Shown here: piece by piece, positions 36,065 to 44,068 of the stretch | How the letters are laid out: every line of letters begins with the position of its first letter | How positions within the stretch are numbered: the stretch's first letter is position 1 | IMG/VR virus record: IMGVR_UViG_3300032225_001769 | Coordinates: 76,612 to 140,611 of that record | Direction: 5' to 3' (one strand) | DNA from: a virus | Taxonomy: Duplodnaviria; Heunggongvirae; Uroviricota; Caudoviricetes | DNA: 64,000 nucleotides | Program-made: the position numbers and the translations under genes | Notes under the pieces: generated by a model | The model's database searches: none | The model's input: the letters and a program-made list of their open reading frames with translations, nothing else | Told to the model about the DNA's origin: nothing

Positions 36065-36331
36065 TCAGTGAGTAAAATAAAGAGCATAGTCTAGAACATC
36101 TTGAATGCCTTGTTCGGTGGTAATCAAGTTTGCGGGGACTTTAGATTCAAGATGAGTATTTGGAGTTTGCATCCAATGCCTCATTAAAATTTTATCACCG
36201 CCACAATTTGAGTGAAGTGTCATAAAGATTTGAAGAAACTTTACATCATCATACCATTCAATTACCCCAAGAACATCTGATGCTTTTCCAGCAGATTTTT
36301 GAAGAACTTGTGTGTGAGTATCAATAGTCAT
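36065..36331 (-). CDS. hypothetical protein (88 aa)
   Basis: ORF track. Confidence 0.45.
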   Translation of the reverse strand: MTIDTHTQVLQKSAGKASDVLGVIEWYDDVKFLQIFMTLHSNCGGDKILMRHWMQTPNTHLESKVPANLITTEQGIQDVLDYALYFTH

Positions 36332-36546
36332 ACTTGAACTTCCTCATCATCAAACCGATCCACCCAAAGTTCTTGAAATTTGGTGCGGAGAAGAGCAATT
36401 TCAGTCATTTTATCACGCATCTCAAAATTGTAAGATTCGGTATAACTATAAACTACATCAAAACAATTTTGAAGTTGCAGTAGTGCTTCATTCAGAAGTT
36501 CGTGTTCGGTTGTAGTAAGAGTTACAATGATGTCTTCTTGATTCAT
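36328..36546 (-). CDS. hypothetical protein (72 aa)
   Basis: ORF track; ATGA overlap. Confidence 0.4.
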   Translation of the reverse strand: MNQEDIIVTLTTTEHELLNEALLQLQNCFDVVYSYTESYNFEMRDKMTEIALLRTKFQELWVDRFDDEEVQV

Positions 36547-36617
36547 TTTGTAAGTACCTCAATAGTATGATAACCGGCACACAATCTCATAAGAAACTAT
36601 GTGCCGGTTGCTAGGCA

Positions 36618-36911
36618 TCAGGCATCAACATCCACAATGTCACCATGGGCACGAGCACGGTTCACCAGACTGCCCCAGGAGGTCACAGAACAGACTTCAG
36701 GATCACTCATGATGCCATACCACAGTTCAGCGGTCGAGTCGTCCTCAACCTCAAAGCGGTAGACCTTATCAGAACTCTGATAGGAAATCAGAACGTCATA
36801 GGAGTCATTTCCATCAGCAGAAGGAAGCAATTCAACCATACTCACTGCAGAAGATTCTTCTTTAGTGAACGTGCGAGCGATGGTGAAAGGGTGGCGAGTT
36901 GCAGTAATCAT
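36618..36911 (-). CDS. hypothetical protein (97 aa from MITATRHPFT...)
   Basis: track 36618..37022 trimmed (N-terminus spans dyad box). Confidence 0.45.
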   Translation of the reverse strand: MITATRHPFTIARTFTKEESSAVSMVELLPSADGNDSYDVLISYQSSDKVYRFEVEDDSTAELWYGIMSDPEVCSVTSWGSLVNRARAHGDIVDVDA

Positions 36912-37145
36912 AATTTGAATTTCGGGGGATAGTGCGGATTTGTTCCGCTTGGGATCAGTATGAACGATTATGGGGGGATTTCTACTTCTCTTGTGCCACT
37001 TAAAGAATTGGCACAATCTCAATCTCTTTGCATCCTTGATTTCTTACGATCTGTTCCCAAAATCCGGCATCGTCTATTGAAAGAAAGGTTGCCACTTGTT
37101 TTGAATAGTTTTTCTTTTTCGGTTTCAGATAAATCACTTGATACT

Positions 37146-37331
37146 TCATTTTTCAGATTCCTTTATCAATTGTACATCTTTCCATTCATTTCGATACACT
37201 AGTAGACATACATCTTTAGATTTATGTTCAAGTTTGTTTATACAAACAGTAATGTAGTTTTCACATATAAAATCAACAAATCCCTCATTATTTTTGTATC
37301 GAACCCCTAAACCACTATAAAAAGAAGTCAT
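37146..37331 (-). CDS. hypothetical protein (61 aa)
   Basis: ORF track; followed by overlapping 49-aa ORF ~37000-37149. Confidence 0.4.
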   Translation of the reverse strand: MTSFYSGLGVRYKNNEGFVDFICENYITVCINKLEHKSKDVCLLVYRNEWKDVQLIKESEK

Positions 37332-37609
37332 AAAAATGCTCTTTCAAGTGGCGATGCTTCAATTTGCATTGCGGAATATGGAGTTGTATTTTTTATATTT
37401 ACTTCCTTGCCAATTGTCTTCATATTGATTGGAGCATAATATATTTTTTTCTTTGAATTAAAAAACCCCCATGTTGTGGAGGTACTGGCACCAAGATTAT
37501 AATCAAATTTCAAATGACAAAGAAGAATAATCCGAATAGTGCGAGCATTGAATTGCTCATATTCATAACTATAATTTTTTGGAGCCTTATGAGGAAATTC
37601 GGAAATCAT
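37328..37609 (-). CDS. hypothetical protein (93 aa)
   Basis: ORF track. Confidence 0.4.
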   Translation of the reverse strand: MISEFPHKAPKNYSYEYEQFNARTIRIILLCHLKFDYNLGASTSTTWGFFNSKKKIYYAPINMKTIGKEVNIKNTTPYSAMQIEASPLERAFL

Positions 37610-37848
37610 CAGGTCAGAAATGCTTCAATAACTGAACTTTCGTATTCATCCTTTAAGGCAAATTTTTGTGATGTAATAATATTTTCACGAAGTTTAACGT
37701 AATATCCAGTATTAAATTCATTATCTTCTTTTACAATCAATTCAAAACATTCATTATCATCCTTTGCAATTACATTCCACAATCCAGAACATTCTGAAAT
37801 TGGAAATGGCAGAAAATGTTCTACGATATACAAATACTTTTGTGCCAT
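37609..37848 (-). CDS. hypothetical protein (79 aa)
   Basis: ORF track. Confidence 0.4.
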   Translation of the reverse strand: MAQKYLYIVEHFLPFPISECSGLWNVIAKDDNECFELIVKEDNEFNTGYYVKLRENIITSQKFALKDEYESSVIEAFLT

Positions 37849-37912
37849 TTATTCCTTTTAATTACTCCATTATTTTAGGTGATTGTGTTAGATTTGTCAA
37901 CTGTTGATTAAG

Positions 37913-38116
37913 TCACATGAACTCTGCAATATAATAATCACAGGTAATTTCCAGGCGACTCGCTTCCTTTTCAATATAATTTGCTTGAATCTTCTGTGCT
38001 TCGGCGCGATGATTCTCGCAAACCTTACGACCTTCATAGTAAAGTTCTTCGACTTCATAATGTTCCATAAAATCTCCAACTGCCTTGATGAGTGATTTAA
38101 GATCTTCGTTATTCAT
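37913..38116 (-). CDS. hypothetical protein (67 aa)
   Basis: ORF track. Confidence 0.4.
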   Translation of the reverse strand: MNNEDLKSLIKAVGDFMEHYEVEELYYEGRKVCENHRAEAQKIQANYIEKEASRLEITCDYYIAEFM

Positions 38117-38319
38117 ACATTAACTCCAAATTCATTAGTGGGGGGAGTAGACTGAACCTCATATGCAGGTTCCACATAATTTAACTTAACATACTTAAAC
38201 ATTGCATTCAGAATCTGATCACATTCCGAGTAGTGTTTACTATTGACTGGTACGGAATTGATTTGATGATACCTTACGGCATTGTAAATGATCTTTAGTT
38301 GTTCAGGTGTAAAGTTCAT
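38113..38319 (-). CDS. hypothetical protein (68 aa)
   Basis: ORF track; ATGA overlap. Confidence 0.4.
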   Translation of the reverse strand: MNFTPEQLKIIYNAVRYHQINSVPVNSKHYSECDQILNAMFKYVKLNYVEPAYEVQSTPPTNEFGVNV

Positions 38320-38322
38320 AAT

Positions 38323-38544
38323 TCAAAACGATGGAGTGAAATCATAACGCAATTCAGTGTGTGCCCTATCCATTTGTTCATAGACTGAATACAATTTGTT
38401 ATACAGTGCCGGAGAACTTCCGTAATCTTTGGCAATGAATTTTTCATCACTTGCACTCAAATTTTGCAATGCAGAAAGAATGATACCGATTTCGTGTACG
38501 TTCAAATTCACTTCAGTTTCCGTCATTTGTGATTCATTGGACAT
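38323..38544 (-). CDS. hypothetical protein (73 aa)
   Basis: ORF track. Confidence 0.4.
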   Translation of the reverse strand: MSNESQMTETEVNLNVHEIGIILSALQNLSASDEKFIAKDYGSSPALYNKLYSVYEQMDRAHTELRYDFTPSF

Positions 38545-38549
38545 TTTAA

Positions 38550-39026
38550 TTATATTTCCCCCATTAAGCGATTTGGAAATGAGTGTGCCACTTCTGATTT
38601 TGTCACAGCGGTTTTGTAATCTAAGTATTCCAGATATAATTTGAATTCTTGTTCTCGTGCTTCAATTTCATGAGGACGATTCTCATACTCAAGTTCTTCT
38701 ACACTAGTGGAATCATAATACATTTTTCCATGTTTTGCACGAAGACTACCAGTCACCCATTGACGCAAATGCACCATTTCGTGCAACAAAGTCTTTATGT
38801 ACATTTCTCGATTCATATGAGTATCAAGTTCAATCAGAAACTCACGAGGACGATAAGATTGTCCAGTATAGCCACAATAACCATATGCAAATTCACGTTT
38901 CAAACCACGATGAAGTATCTCAACATGTATTTTGTGTCGTGGTAGGAACTTATTTAAAAACCAAGTAGTAACATCTTCACAGACTTTTTTACTATAACCA
39001 TATCCAGAATGTATAATACAACTCAT
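38550..39026 (-). CDS. putative SprT-like zinc metalloprotease
   Basis: ~158 aa from MSCIIHSGYG; HExxH motif LLHEMVHLRQW in SprT-like context; track 38550..39068 trimmed. Confidence 0.5.
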   Translation of the reverse strand: MSCIIHSGYGYSKKVCEDVTTWFLNKFLPRHKIHVEILHRGLKREFAYGYCGYTGQSYRPREFLIELDTHMNREMYIKTLLHEMVHLRQWVTGSLRAKHGKMYYDSTSVEELEYENRPHEIEAREQEFKLYLEYLDYKTAVTKSEVAHSFPNRLMGEI

Positions 39027-39186
39027 AGAAAATGGCTCAAAGTAGAATAGATAACTCGATATCCCCAATTCATAAAAATAAAAAAGGAAGAGATAAAAAT
39101 GAGTTTGTCAGTGGATGTCATAATTTACATGTAAAAATAACTAGTGCAATATTATAATTCTGTTTTTGGTAGTTCAAAAACTGTCC

Positions 39187-39399
39187 TCAGTCTTCATAAA
39201 CTCTACATTCACGCGCCGCAGGATTCATTTCACAATATAATTCTAGAGAAGTTGGATCATGAGAATCTTGTGGATGATTTGCTTTATATAATTCCAATGC
39301 TTTCAATTCTTCTTCTATATGGCGTCTTGATTGTGAGGATGTTCTTGGGTCATTCAAAATCCGAATGTCATTTTGAATGTGTTGGTCGATGTTGCTCAT
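39187..39399 (-). CDS. hypothetical protein (70 aa)
   Basis: ORF track. Confidence 0.4.
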   Translation of the reverse strand: MSNIDQHIQNDIRILNDPRTSSQSRRHIEEELKALELYKANHPQDSHDPTSLELYCEMNPAARECRVYED

Positions 39400-39431
39400 A
39401 AAATAGATTATAAATGAGTGTAATATTTATT

Positions 39432-39692
39432 TTAGCAATTATTGAGTTCAGTACATACTGATAGAGAATCACCTTTCCCTTCAATAGATCTTACAAAAAG
39501 TTCAGTAAACTTTTCCATTTTTTCTGGTGAAACTGAATGTGGATTGTAATTAATTGCACACTTTAGAGCAAACAATTCATTTCGTTCTTCTTCTGTGAGG
39601 TTTTCTGTACTTGTTTTGGGTAAAGACATGTGTTTTGAAATACTGACAATATGTATATTATTTACCAAAGTCGGTAAGTTGATTCCAATCAT
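39432..39692 (-). CDS. hypothetical protein (86 aa)
   Basis: ORF track. Confidence 0.4.
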   Translation of the reverse strand: MIGINLPTLVNNIHIVSISKHMSLPKTSTENLTEEERNELFALKCAINYNPHSVSPEKMEKFTELFVRSIEGKGDSLSVCTELNNC

Positions 39693-39874
39693 CGACCACG
39701 TAAAAGATCAAGAAGATCTTTTGCCTGATTTGCTGATTTAGTATAAACCAGATAATTTTCCTCAACAACACCTCTAATCACATCATAGATTTCTTCTGCT
39801 GTAGCCTCAGTATTCATAGCATCGTGCAGAAAGTTCTCAAGTTGTTCAAGAGAGTATTTCTTGTAATCAGTCAT
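39689..39874 (-). CDS. hypothetical protein (61 aa from MTDYKKYSLEQ...)
   Basis: track start 39886 is TTG; ATG at 39872-39874. Confidence 0.4.
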   Translation of the reverse strand: MTDYKKYSLEQLENFLHDAMNTEATAEEIYDVIRGVVEENYLVYTKSANQAKDLLDLLRGR

Positions 39875-40031
39875 CCTTTTCCTCAATTGCTCTTAAAATT
39901 GACTCCTGTATGATAGCATTAACCTGTTCCTCTGTCAACCCACCCAGGAATTTGTATCTTGGATCGTCAGGATGCCACTCCACCACCAGTCCACCGTTAG
40001 AACTTTCTGTAACCTTCAAACTATCTTCCAT
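39867..40031 (-). CDS. small hypothetical protein (54 aa, MEDSLKVTESSNGGLVVEWHPDDPRYKFLGG...)
   Basis: TAATG overlap with upstream gene, ATGACTGA overlap with downstream; below cutoff. Confidence 0.3.
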   Translation of the reverse strand: MEDSLKVTESSNGGLVVEWHPDDPRYKFLGGLTEEQVNAIIQESILRAIEEKDD

Positions 40032-40216
40032 TATTCCTCCCATGTTTGTTTTTCAAGTTTGCGAAGTGCCTTTAGTTCTTTATATTGTTCTTTAATCATC
40101 TGATATGCTTGTTCTGGAGTAATCTTATCAGATACTTCCATCGCAGCAATAAGACCCACTTTATCACCGAAACGCGCAAGGCATCTCTCAAATTCGGAAA
40201 GATTTTCGTAAACCAT
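40031..40216 (-). CDS. hypothetical protein (61 aa)
   Basis: ORF track. Confidence 0.4.
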   Translation of the reverse strand: MVYENLSEFERCLARFGDKVGLIAAMEVSDKITPEQAYQMIKEQYKELKALRKLEKQTWEE

Positions 40217-40268
40217 GTTATTTTTTAAGAATGTAACTTTTTAATTATAAGTCATTGGATGAATATTG

Positions 40269-40502
40269 TCAATCATTAATTACCCCAATTTCTCTCAAAT
40301 AGTTTTGATATCTAATAAAACTTCCAATTTTTATTGGTCTATCTAAACTTCTACAACATTCACAGTACGATAGAAATTCGTAATAAGGTGTTGTTGGATC
40401 TAGTGCAGGAAACTCTGAACTAGATCGACCTATAATTTTTCTAAAGTCAACCATACTTATATCCAATTTTGATATCTTTCTTTTTGAGATTGTATCGTGC
40501 AA
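40269..40502 (-). CDS. hypothetical protein (77 aa)
   Basis: ORF track. Confidence 0.4.
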   Translation of the reverse strand: MHDTISKRKISKLDISMVDFRKIIGRSSSEFPALDPTTPYYEFLSYCECCRSLDRPIKIGSFIRYQNYLREIGVIND

Positions 40503-40629
40503 TGTGTTTATTCATATGTTCTTCATTTTGAAAATAGCACTTACGAATTTCTTTACCATCTTTGCCTTCCTTATGTGTGAGTTTCCAAGGGAATTGATCA
40601 AAGGGGAATTCTTCTTCTTTAGTCATCAA
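40447..40629 (-). CDS. hypothetical protein (60 aa)
   Basis: ORF track; overlaps neighbours by short out-of-frame segments. Confidence 0.3.
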   Translation of the reverse strand: MMTKEEEFPFDQFPWKLTHKEGKDGKEIRKCYFQNEEHMNKHIARYNLKKKDIKIGYKYG

Positions 40630-40801
40630 TCTTATCCTCGGTAGTAATGCTCATAATCGTATAATCACCTGTCATAATCAATAAATTTGCAACAGCGATT
40701 GCCATTGGCATAGTTTTCTGATACTGCCACCTACGCTCTAAATCATTTTTGTAATAATAATCAATACGATATTTAGTAGTGATTTTCTCTGAATTAGTCA
40801 T
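40619..40801 (-). CDS. hypothetical protein (60 aa)
   Basis: ORF track. Confidence 0.35.
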   Translation of the reverse strand: MTNSEKITTKYRIDYYYKNDLERRWQYQKTMPMAIAVANLLIMTGDYTIMSITTEDKIDD

Positions 40802-40804
40802 TAA

Positions 40805-40999
40805 TCAATCCTCCAAAATTATAAGATGATGAAACTTTGCTAATGCTCTGGAGAAAATAATTTCATCTTCTGTTAAGGAAGTAACCCCTACCGCAGGTTT
40901 AAAAACAACGCGAACACTGTTTCCGTAGTGTTCTCTTATACATTTTATTGAGTCATATAAATGCTCGTCAGATAATGCCACCCAATCGAAATTATGCAT
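40805..40999 (-). CDS. hypothetical protein (64 aa), member of C-terminal 'A(L/Y)(A/E)K(F/Y)xHL' paralog family
   Basis: ..EDEIIFSRALAKFHHLIILED. Confidence 0.4.
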   Translation of the reverse strand: MHNFDWVALSDEHLYDSIKCIREHYGNSVRVVFKPAVGVTSLTEDEIIFSRALAKFHHLIILED

Positions 41000-41007
41000 A
41001 TTTACTC

Positions 41008-41172
41008 CTATAAAATTATAAGGTGCTGGTACTTTTCTAGTGCTTTGGAGAAGATAATTTGTTCTTCTGTGCCATACAAATCAGAACAATACCGAGGTAG
41101 ATTATCTTTATAATTATTCAGAACCCAACGATAACCATTTTCGTCTCTTACAATAATATTAAATGTACTCAT
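41008..41172 (-). CDS. small hypothetical protein (54 aa, MSTFNIIVRDENGYRWVLNNYKDNLPRYCSDLYGTEEQIIFSKALEKYQHLIIL), paralog of 40805..40999
   Basis: ATGA overlap with ClpS stop; below cutoff. Confidence 0.35.
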   Translation of the reverse strand: MSTFNIIVRDENGYRWVLNNYKDNLPRYCSDLYGTEEQIIFSKALEKYQHLIIL

Positions 41173-41462
41173 TCTTCCGGTTCCATTGACGAAGGAACAC
41201 CTTTAGATTTCAGACCATCAACATAAAACTCTGCCATCTCCACATCACAAATCTTAATTAGACCAATTCCAGTAGTATGGGCAGTCAGCATAACTTCTAC
41301 TGCACTAGTTTGAGATAACTGGCAGACTTCCATCAAACTCATACACACCAGTTCCGCAGAAACTCCATCATCATTATGAAGCAGCACACGATACTTTGGT
41401 GCGTGTTTGGGTGTAGTTTGATTTTCTACGACTGTGGGTTTTTCAAGAGTTTGGGAAGGCAT
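41169..41462 (-). CDS. clpS: ATP-dependent Clp protease adaptor ClpS homologue
   Basis: 97 aa; ClpS core pattern KYRVLLHNDDGVSAELVCMSLMEVCQLSQTSAVEVMLTAHTTGIGLI (cf. bacterial Y(K/R)V.L.NDDYTPMEFV..VL..F.........M..VH..G). Confidence 0.7.
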   Translation of the reverse strand: MPSQTLEKPTVVENQTTPKHAPKYRVLLHNDDGVSAELVCMSLMEVCQLSQTSAVEVMLTAHTTGIGLIKICDVEMAEFYVDGLKSKGVPSSMEPEE

Positions 41463-41509
41463 TGTGGTTCTCCGTGTGTATGAACATAGTATAACAGGGT
41501 ATGAGAAGG

Positions 41510-42079
41510 TCAGGTGCTGCTATTGTGACAGTTCACCAAGTGTCCGTATTTCTCATATGCCATAACCATTAAGCAAATTTCTTCGGTTGCATTTGGATGT
41601 TCAGCAACCCAATAGCGAACATTAAAATCCTCATCAGTTGCAAGAAGTTCTAGAGTTTCTGGTGGTGTATTAGGATTATAAGCAACCCCACAGCGAACAC
41701 TAGAATCCTCATCAGTTGCAAGAAGTTCTAGAGTTTCTGGTGGTGTATTGGGATTTTTAGCAACCCCCCAGCGAACACTAGAATCCTCATCAGTTGCAAG
41801 AAGTTCTAGAGTTTCTGGTGGTGTATTGGGATTTTTAGCAACCCGCCAGCGAACATTAAAATCCTCATCAGTTGCAAGAAGTTCTAGAGTTTCTGGTGGT
41901 GTATTAGGATTATAAGCAACACCCATACGAATATACCAATGTTCATCATTCGCAAGATATTCAAGAATTTCAATTGGTATACTATCAATGGGGGATCTTA
42001 CGGTACTACATCTTACATCAAAACTTTCGTGTTTTGCATAAGTCCACCATTCATCTAGAGTGAGTTCAGTTTGCGTCAT
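41510..42079 (-). CDS. HEAT-repeat protein (PBS-lyase HEAT-like repeats)
   Basis: 189 aa; five tandem ~30-aa repeats NPNTPPETLELLATDEDxxVRxxVAx encoded by 90-nt DNA repeats 41640-41930. Confidence 0.7.
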   Translation of the reverse strand: MTQTELTLDEWWTYAKHESFDVRCSTVRSPIDSIPIEILEYLANDEHWYIRMGVAYNPNTPPETLELLATDEDFNVRWRVAKNPNTPPETLELLATDEDSSVRWGVAKNPNTPPETLELLATDEDSSVRCGVAYNPNTPPETLELLATDEDFNVRYWVAEHPNATEEICLMVMAYEKYGHLVNCHNSST

Positions 42080-42270
42080 TTTAATATAAGGTGTTCAAAT
42101 TTTTCATATGCTTTAACAAACAAATATGCTTCTTCTGGAATATCTGAACCATACTCTAGATAAAGAGACAATTTTCCAGAAATAAACCCAATATAACAGG
42201 GGAAGTATTCTGGATACTTTTTGTTTATTATATCAACAAGATGTGAGTTAGTAATGAAGTCCATAATCAA
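42076..42270 (-). CDS. hypothetical protein (64 aa), AYEKFEHL family
   Basis: ORF track; C-terminus FVKAYEKFEHLILK. Confidence 0.4.
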   Translation of the reverse strand: MIMDFITNSHLVDIINKKYPEYFPCYIGFISGKLSLYLEYGSDIPEEAYLFVKAYEKFEHLILK

Positions 42271-42271
42271 T

Positions 42272-42580
42272 CTACGCCAGTTTCAGATATGGTTTTTTAA
42301 GATACCATTTCTCTGCATTCCACTGTATTAACAGTTCTTCTGGAGCATTTGGATGTATAAAAATCCTTGAACGTATCAAAAAATCATCAGAATTACAATT
42401 CCCAAGATTATAAAGTTTCCATAGGGTTTCTTTTGAGGTGTGTTTATTACTTGTAAGAAATCTTTTTACATCCATATAAGGGGAATATGAAAGAGCATCA
42501 AGAACGTCCGAAGAGGTATCACGTATTGCTAGTATCTCTTGTTCTCGTTGGGAAAGTGATAGAATTTCTTCTTTAGTCAT
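42272..42580 (-). CDS. hypothetical protein (102 aa)
   Basis: ORF track. Confidence 0.4.
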   Translation of the reverse strand: MTKEEILSLSQREQEILAIRDTSSDVLDALSYSPYMDVKRFLTSNKHTSKETLWKLYNLGNCNSDDFLIRSRIFIHPNAPEELLIQWNAEKWYLKKPYLKLA

Positions 42581-42891
42581 TTTGTTAATTTCCCAAACTT
42601 TTCATAGGCGCACAACAATAATAGCACATCTTCTGAAGAATGTAGATTTCTTTTTACAAATGCACGAACAGTAGGAAATTCTGAAGTTGCAAGTTCCTTT
42701 AATTTGCTAGTTGATGTTGATGTTGATGTTGCTGCAAGTCTACACATTACATTGAACTCATTCCACCAAATCCAATCTTCAAAGTTAAAGAAACTATTCT
42801 CATTTTCTCTTTGTTCTGCAATTTCAGTCATATCTTCATAATTAAGGTTAGTCATTTTAGTTCTTCCCCTCCCCATTTTAACAATAATCAA
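42577..42891 (-). CDS. hypothetical protein (104 aa), AYEKFGKL family
   Basis: ORF track. Confidence 0.4.
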   Translation of the reverse strand: MIIVKMGRGRTKMTNLNYEDMTEIAEQRENENSFFNFEDWIWWNEFNVMCRLAATSTSTSTSKLKELATSEFPTVRAFVKRNLHSSEDVLLLLCAYEKFGKLTK

Positions 42892-43096
42892 CTCTAATTA
42901 CATCAAGACCTGGATATTGCTTTTTGGCAATGTCCTCTGCTTCTTGATGATTGCACTTTTCATTAACACCGTGTTCAACCTTAACATACACAAAAATTTC
43001 CTTACCTGTTACGAAACGAACACGGTATTCTTCATTGAAATAAAGTTCACGGTCTCGTTTTACTTTTACTGCATTTTGGTGTTTTTTGCTACTCAT
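42878..43096 (-). CDS. hypothetical protein (73 aa from MSSKKHQNAVKVKR...)
   Basis: track 42878..43147 trimmed to ATG 43094-43096. Confidence 0.4.
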   Translation of the reverse strand: MSSKKHQNAVKVKRDRELYFNEEYRVRFVTGKEIFVYVKVEHGVNEKCNHQEAEDIAKKQYPGLDVIRVDYC

Positions 43097-43097
43097 T

Positions 43098-43259
43098 TTA
43101 TTGTTTCTCCTCAAGAACAAGGTCTTTAATGTCCTTATAGACAACACCTAGCAAAGTCCCTCGCATTTCACTTTCACGATGTTGAAGATGCATATACAAC
43201 TCGTGTAGTTGTTCCGAGGTGAATGTGATTTTATAAGTTTTTTCAATTTCAATTGTCAT
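43098..43259 (-). CDS. small hypothetical protein (53 aa, MTIEIEKTYKITFTSEQLHELYMHLQHRESEMRG...)
   Basis: ATG 2 nt after upstream stop; below cutoff. Confidence 0.3.
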   Translation of the reverse strand: MTIEIEKTYKITFTSEQLHELYMHLQHRESEMRGTLLGVVYKDIKDLVLEEKQ

Positions 43260-43270
43260 TTCAGTTTACC

Positions 43271-44068
43271 TCATTCAGGAATACTCTTCAGAGCATTCTC
43301 AATAGTATCAAGAATTTCAGGAAGCAAATCACTATGTTTCCTCACAGTCTCAAAATCTTTCAATGCCTGTGATTTGAGAGTTGGTTTTGGGCGACGAATA
43401 GCACGAAGAACATTCCCAGATACGCATTCTTCATTCAATTCCACAACAACACAACACGATTCCAGTTCCCCATCAGCAGCAATTTGCATATGAAAATCAA
43501 ACAGTTCTTGGAGACAATCTACAACTTTCTCTGGGGTTGGAGTAATGCCTTTCCATTCCCAAAGAGCAGGACTATCACCTCCAAGTTCATCAATGAACTT
43601 TGAGAGTGCTGTTGCCCACTGCTTTGATACTTCTTTCTCTGCAACATTGTAGCAAGTTTTATCACCTGGGGTCAGATTATCATAAAACTCTGGTTTGGTA
43701 ATAGTCATTTCAGGTTCCTCTGTAGTGTTTACGAATACCTTGAGAGTTTTTCCTTCATCTTGTAGTGAAGTGGTGATACGATTATCTTTCTCCCAATTCA
43801 CATACACTCTGCCTTCATCGTGAGTGATTATCTCTACTCTGTTGATTACGGGTTCTGGGTCTTCATCTGCAAGTACAATGTATACAATATCGTATGAATG
43901 TTCCTTACCAATAACGACTTTCCCTTCATTAGAGTAGTTCCTACCATCAATAGAATAGGGATAAAAACAATATTCTTCAGCGGAGGATAGAGTACCCGTA
44001 AACATCAAAAAATTACGGAAAAATACTGTTACAGGTTTGTTTGCGTAGTCTTTGAGATTGATAGTCAT
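43271..44068 (-). CDS. hypothetical protein (265 aa) sharing an internal module with 44065..44682
   Basis: shared EPVINRVEIITHDEGRVYVNWEKDN(R/K)ITTSLQDEG(K/R)TLKVFVNT; 59-nt identical DNA core 43802-43860 = 44395-44453. Confidence 0.5.
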   Translation of the reverse strand: MTINLKDYANKPVTVFFRNFLMFTGTLSSAEEYCFYPYSIDGRNYSNEGKVVIGKEHSYDIVYIVLADEDPEPVINRVEIITHDEGRVYVNWEKDNRITTSLQDEGKTLKVFVNTTEEPEMTITKPEFYDNLTPGDKTCYNVAEKEVSKQWATALSKFIDELGGDSPALWEWKGITPTPEKVVDCLQELFDFHMQIAADGELESCCVVVELNEECVSGNVLRAIRRPKPTLKSQALKDFETVRKHSDLLPEILDTIENALKSIPE

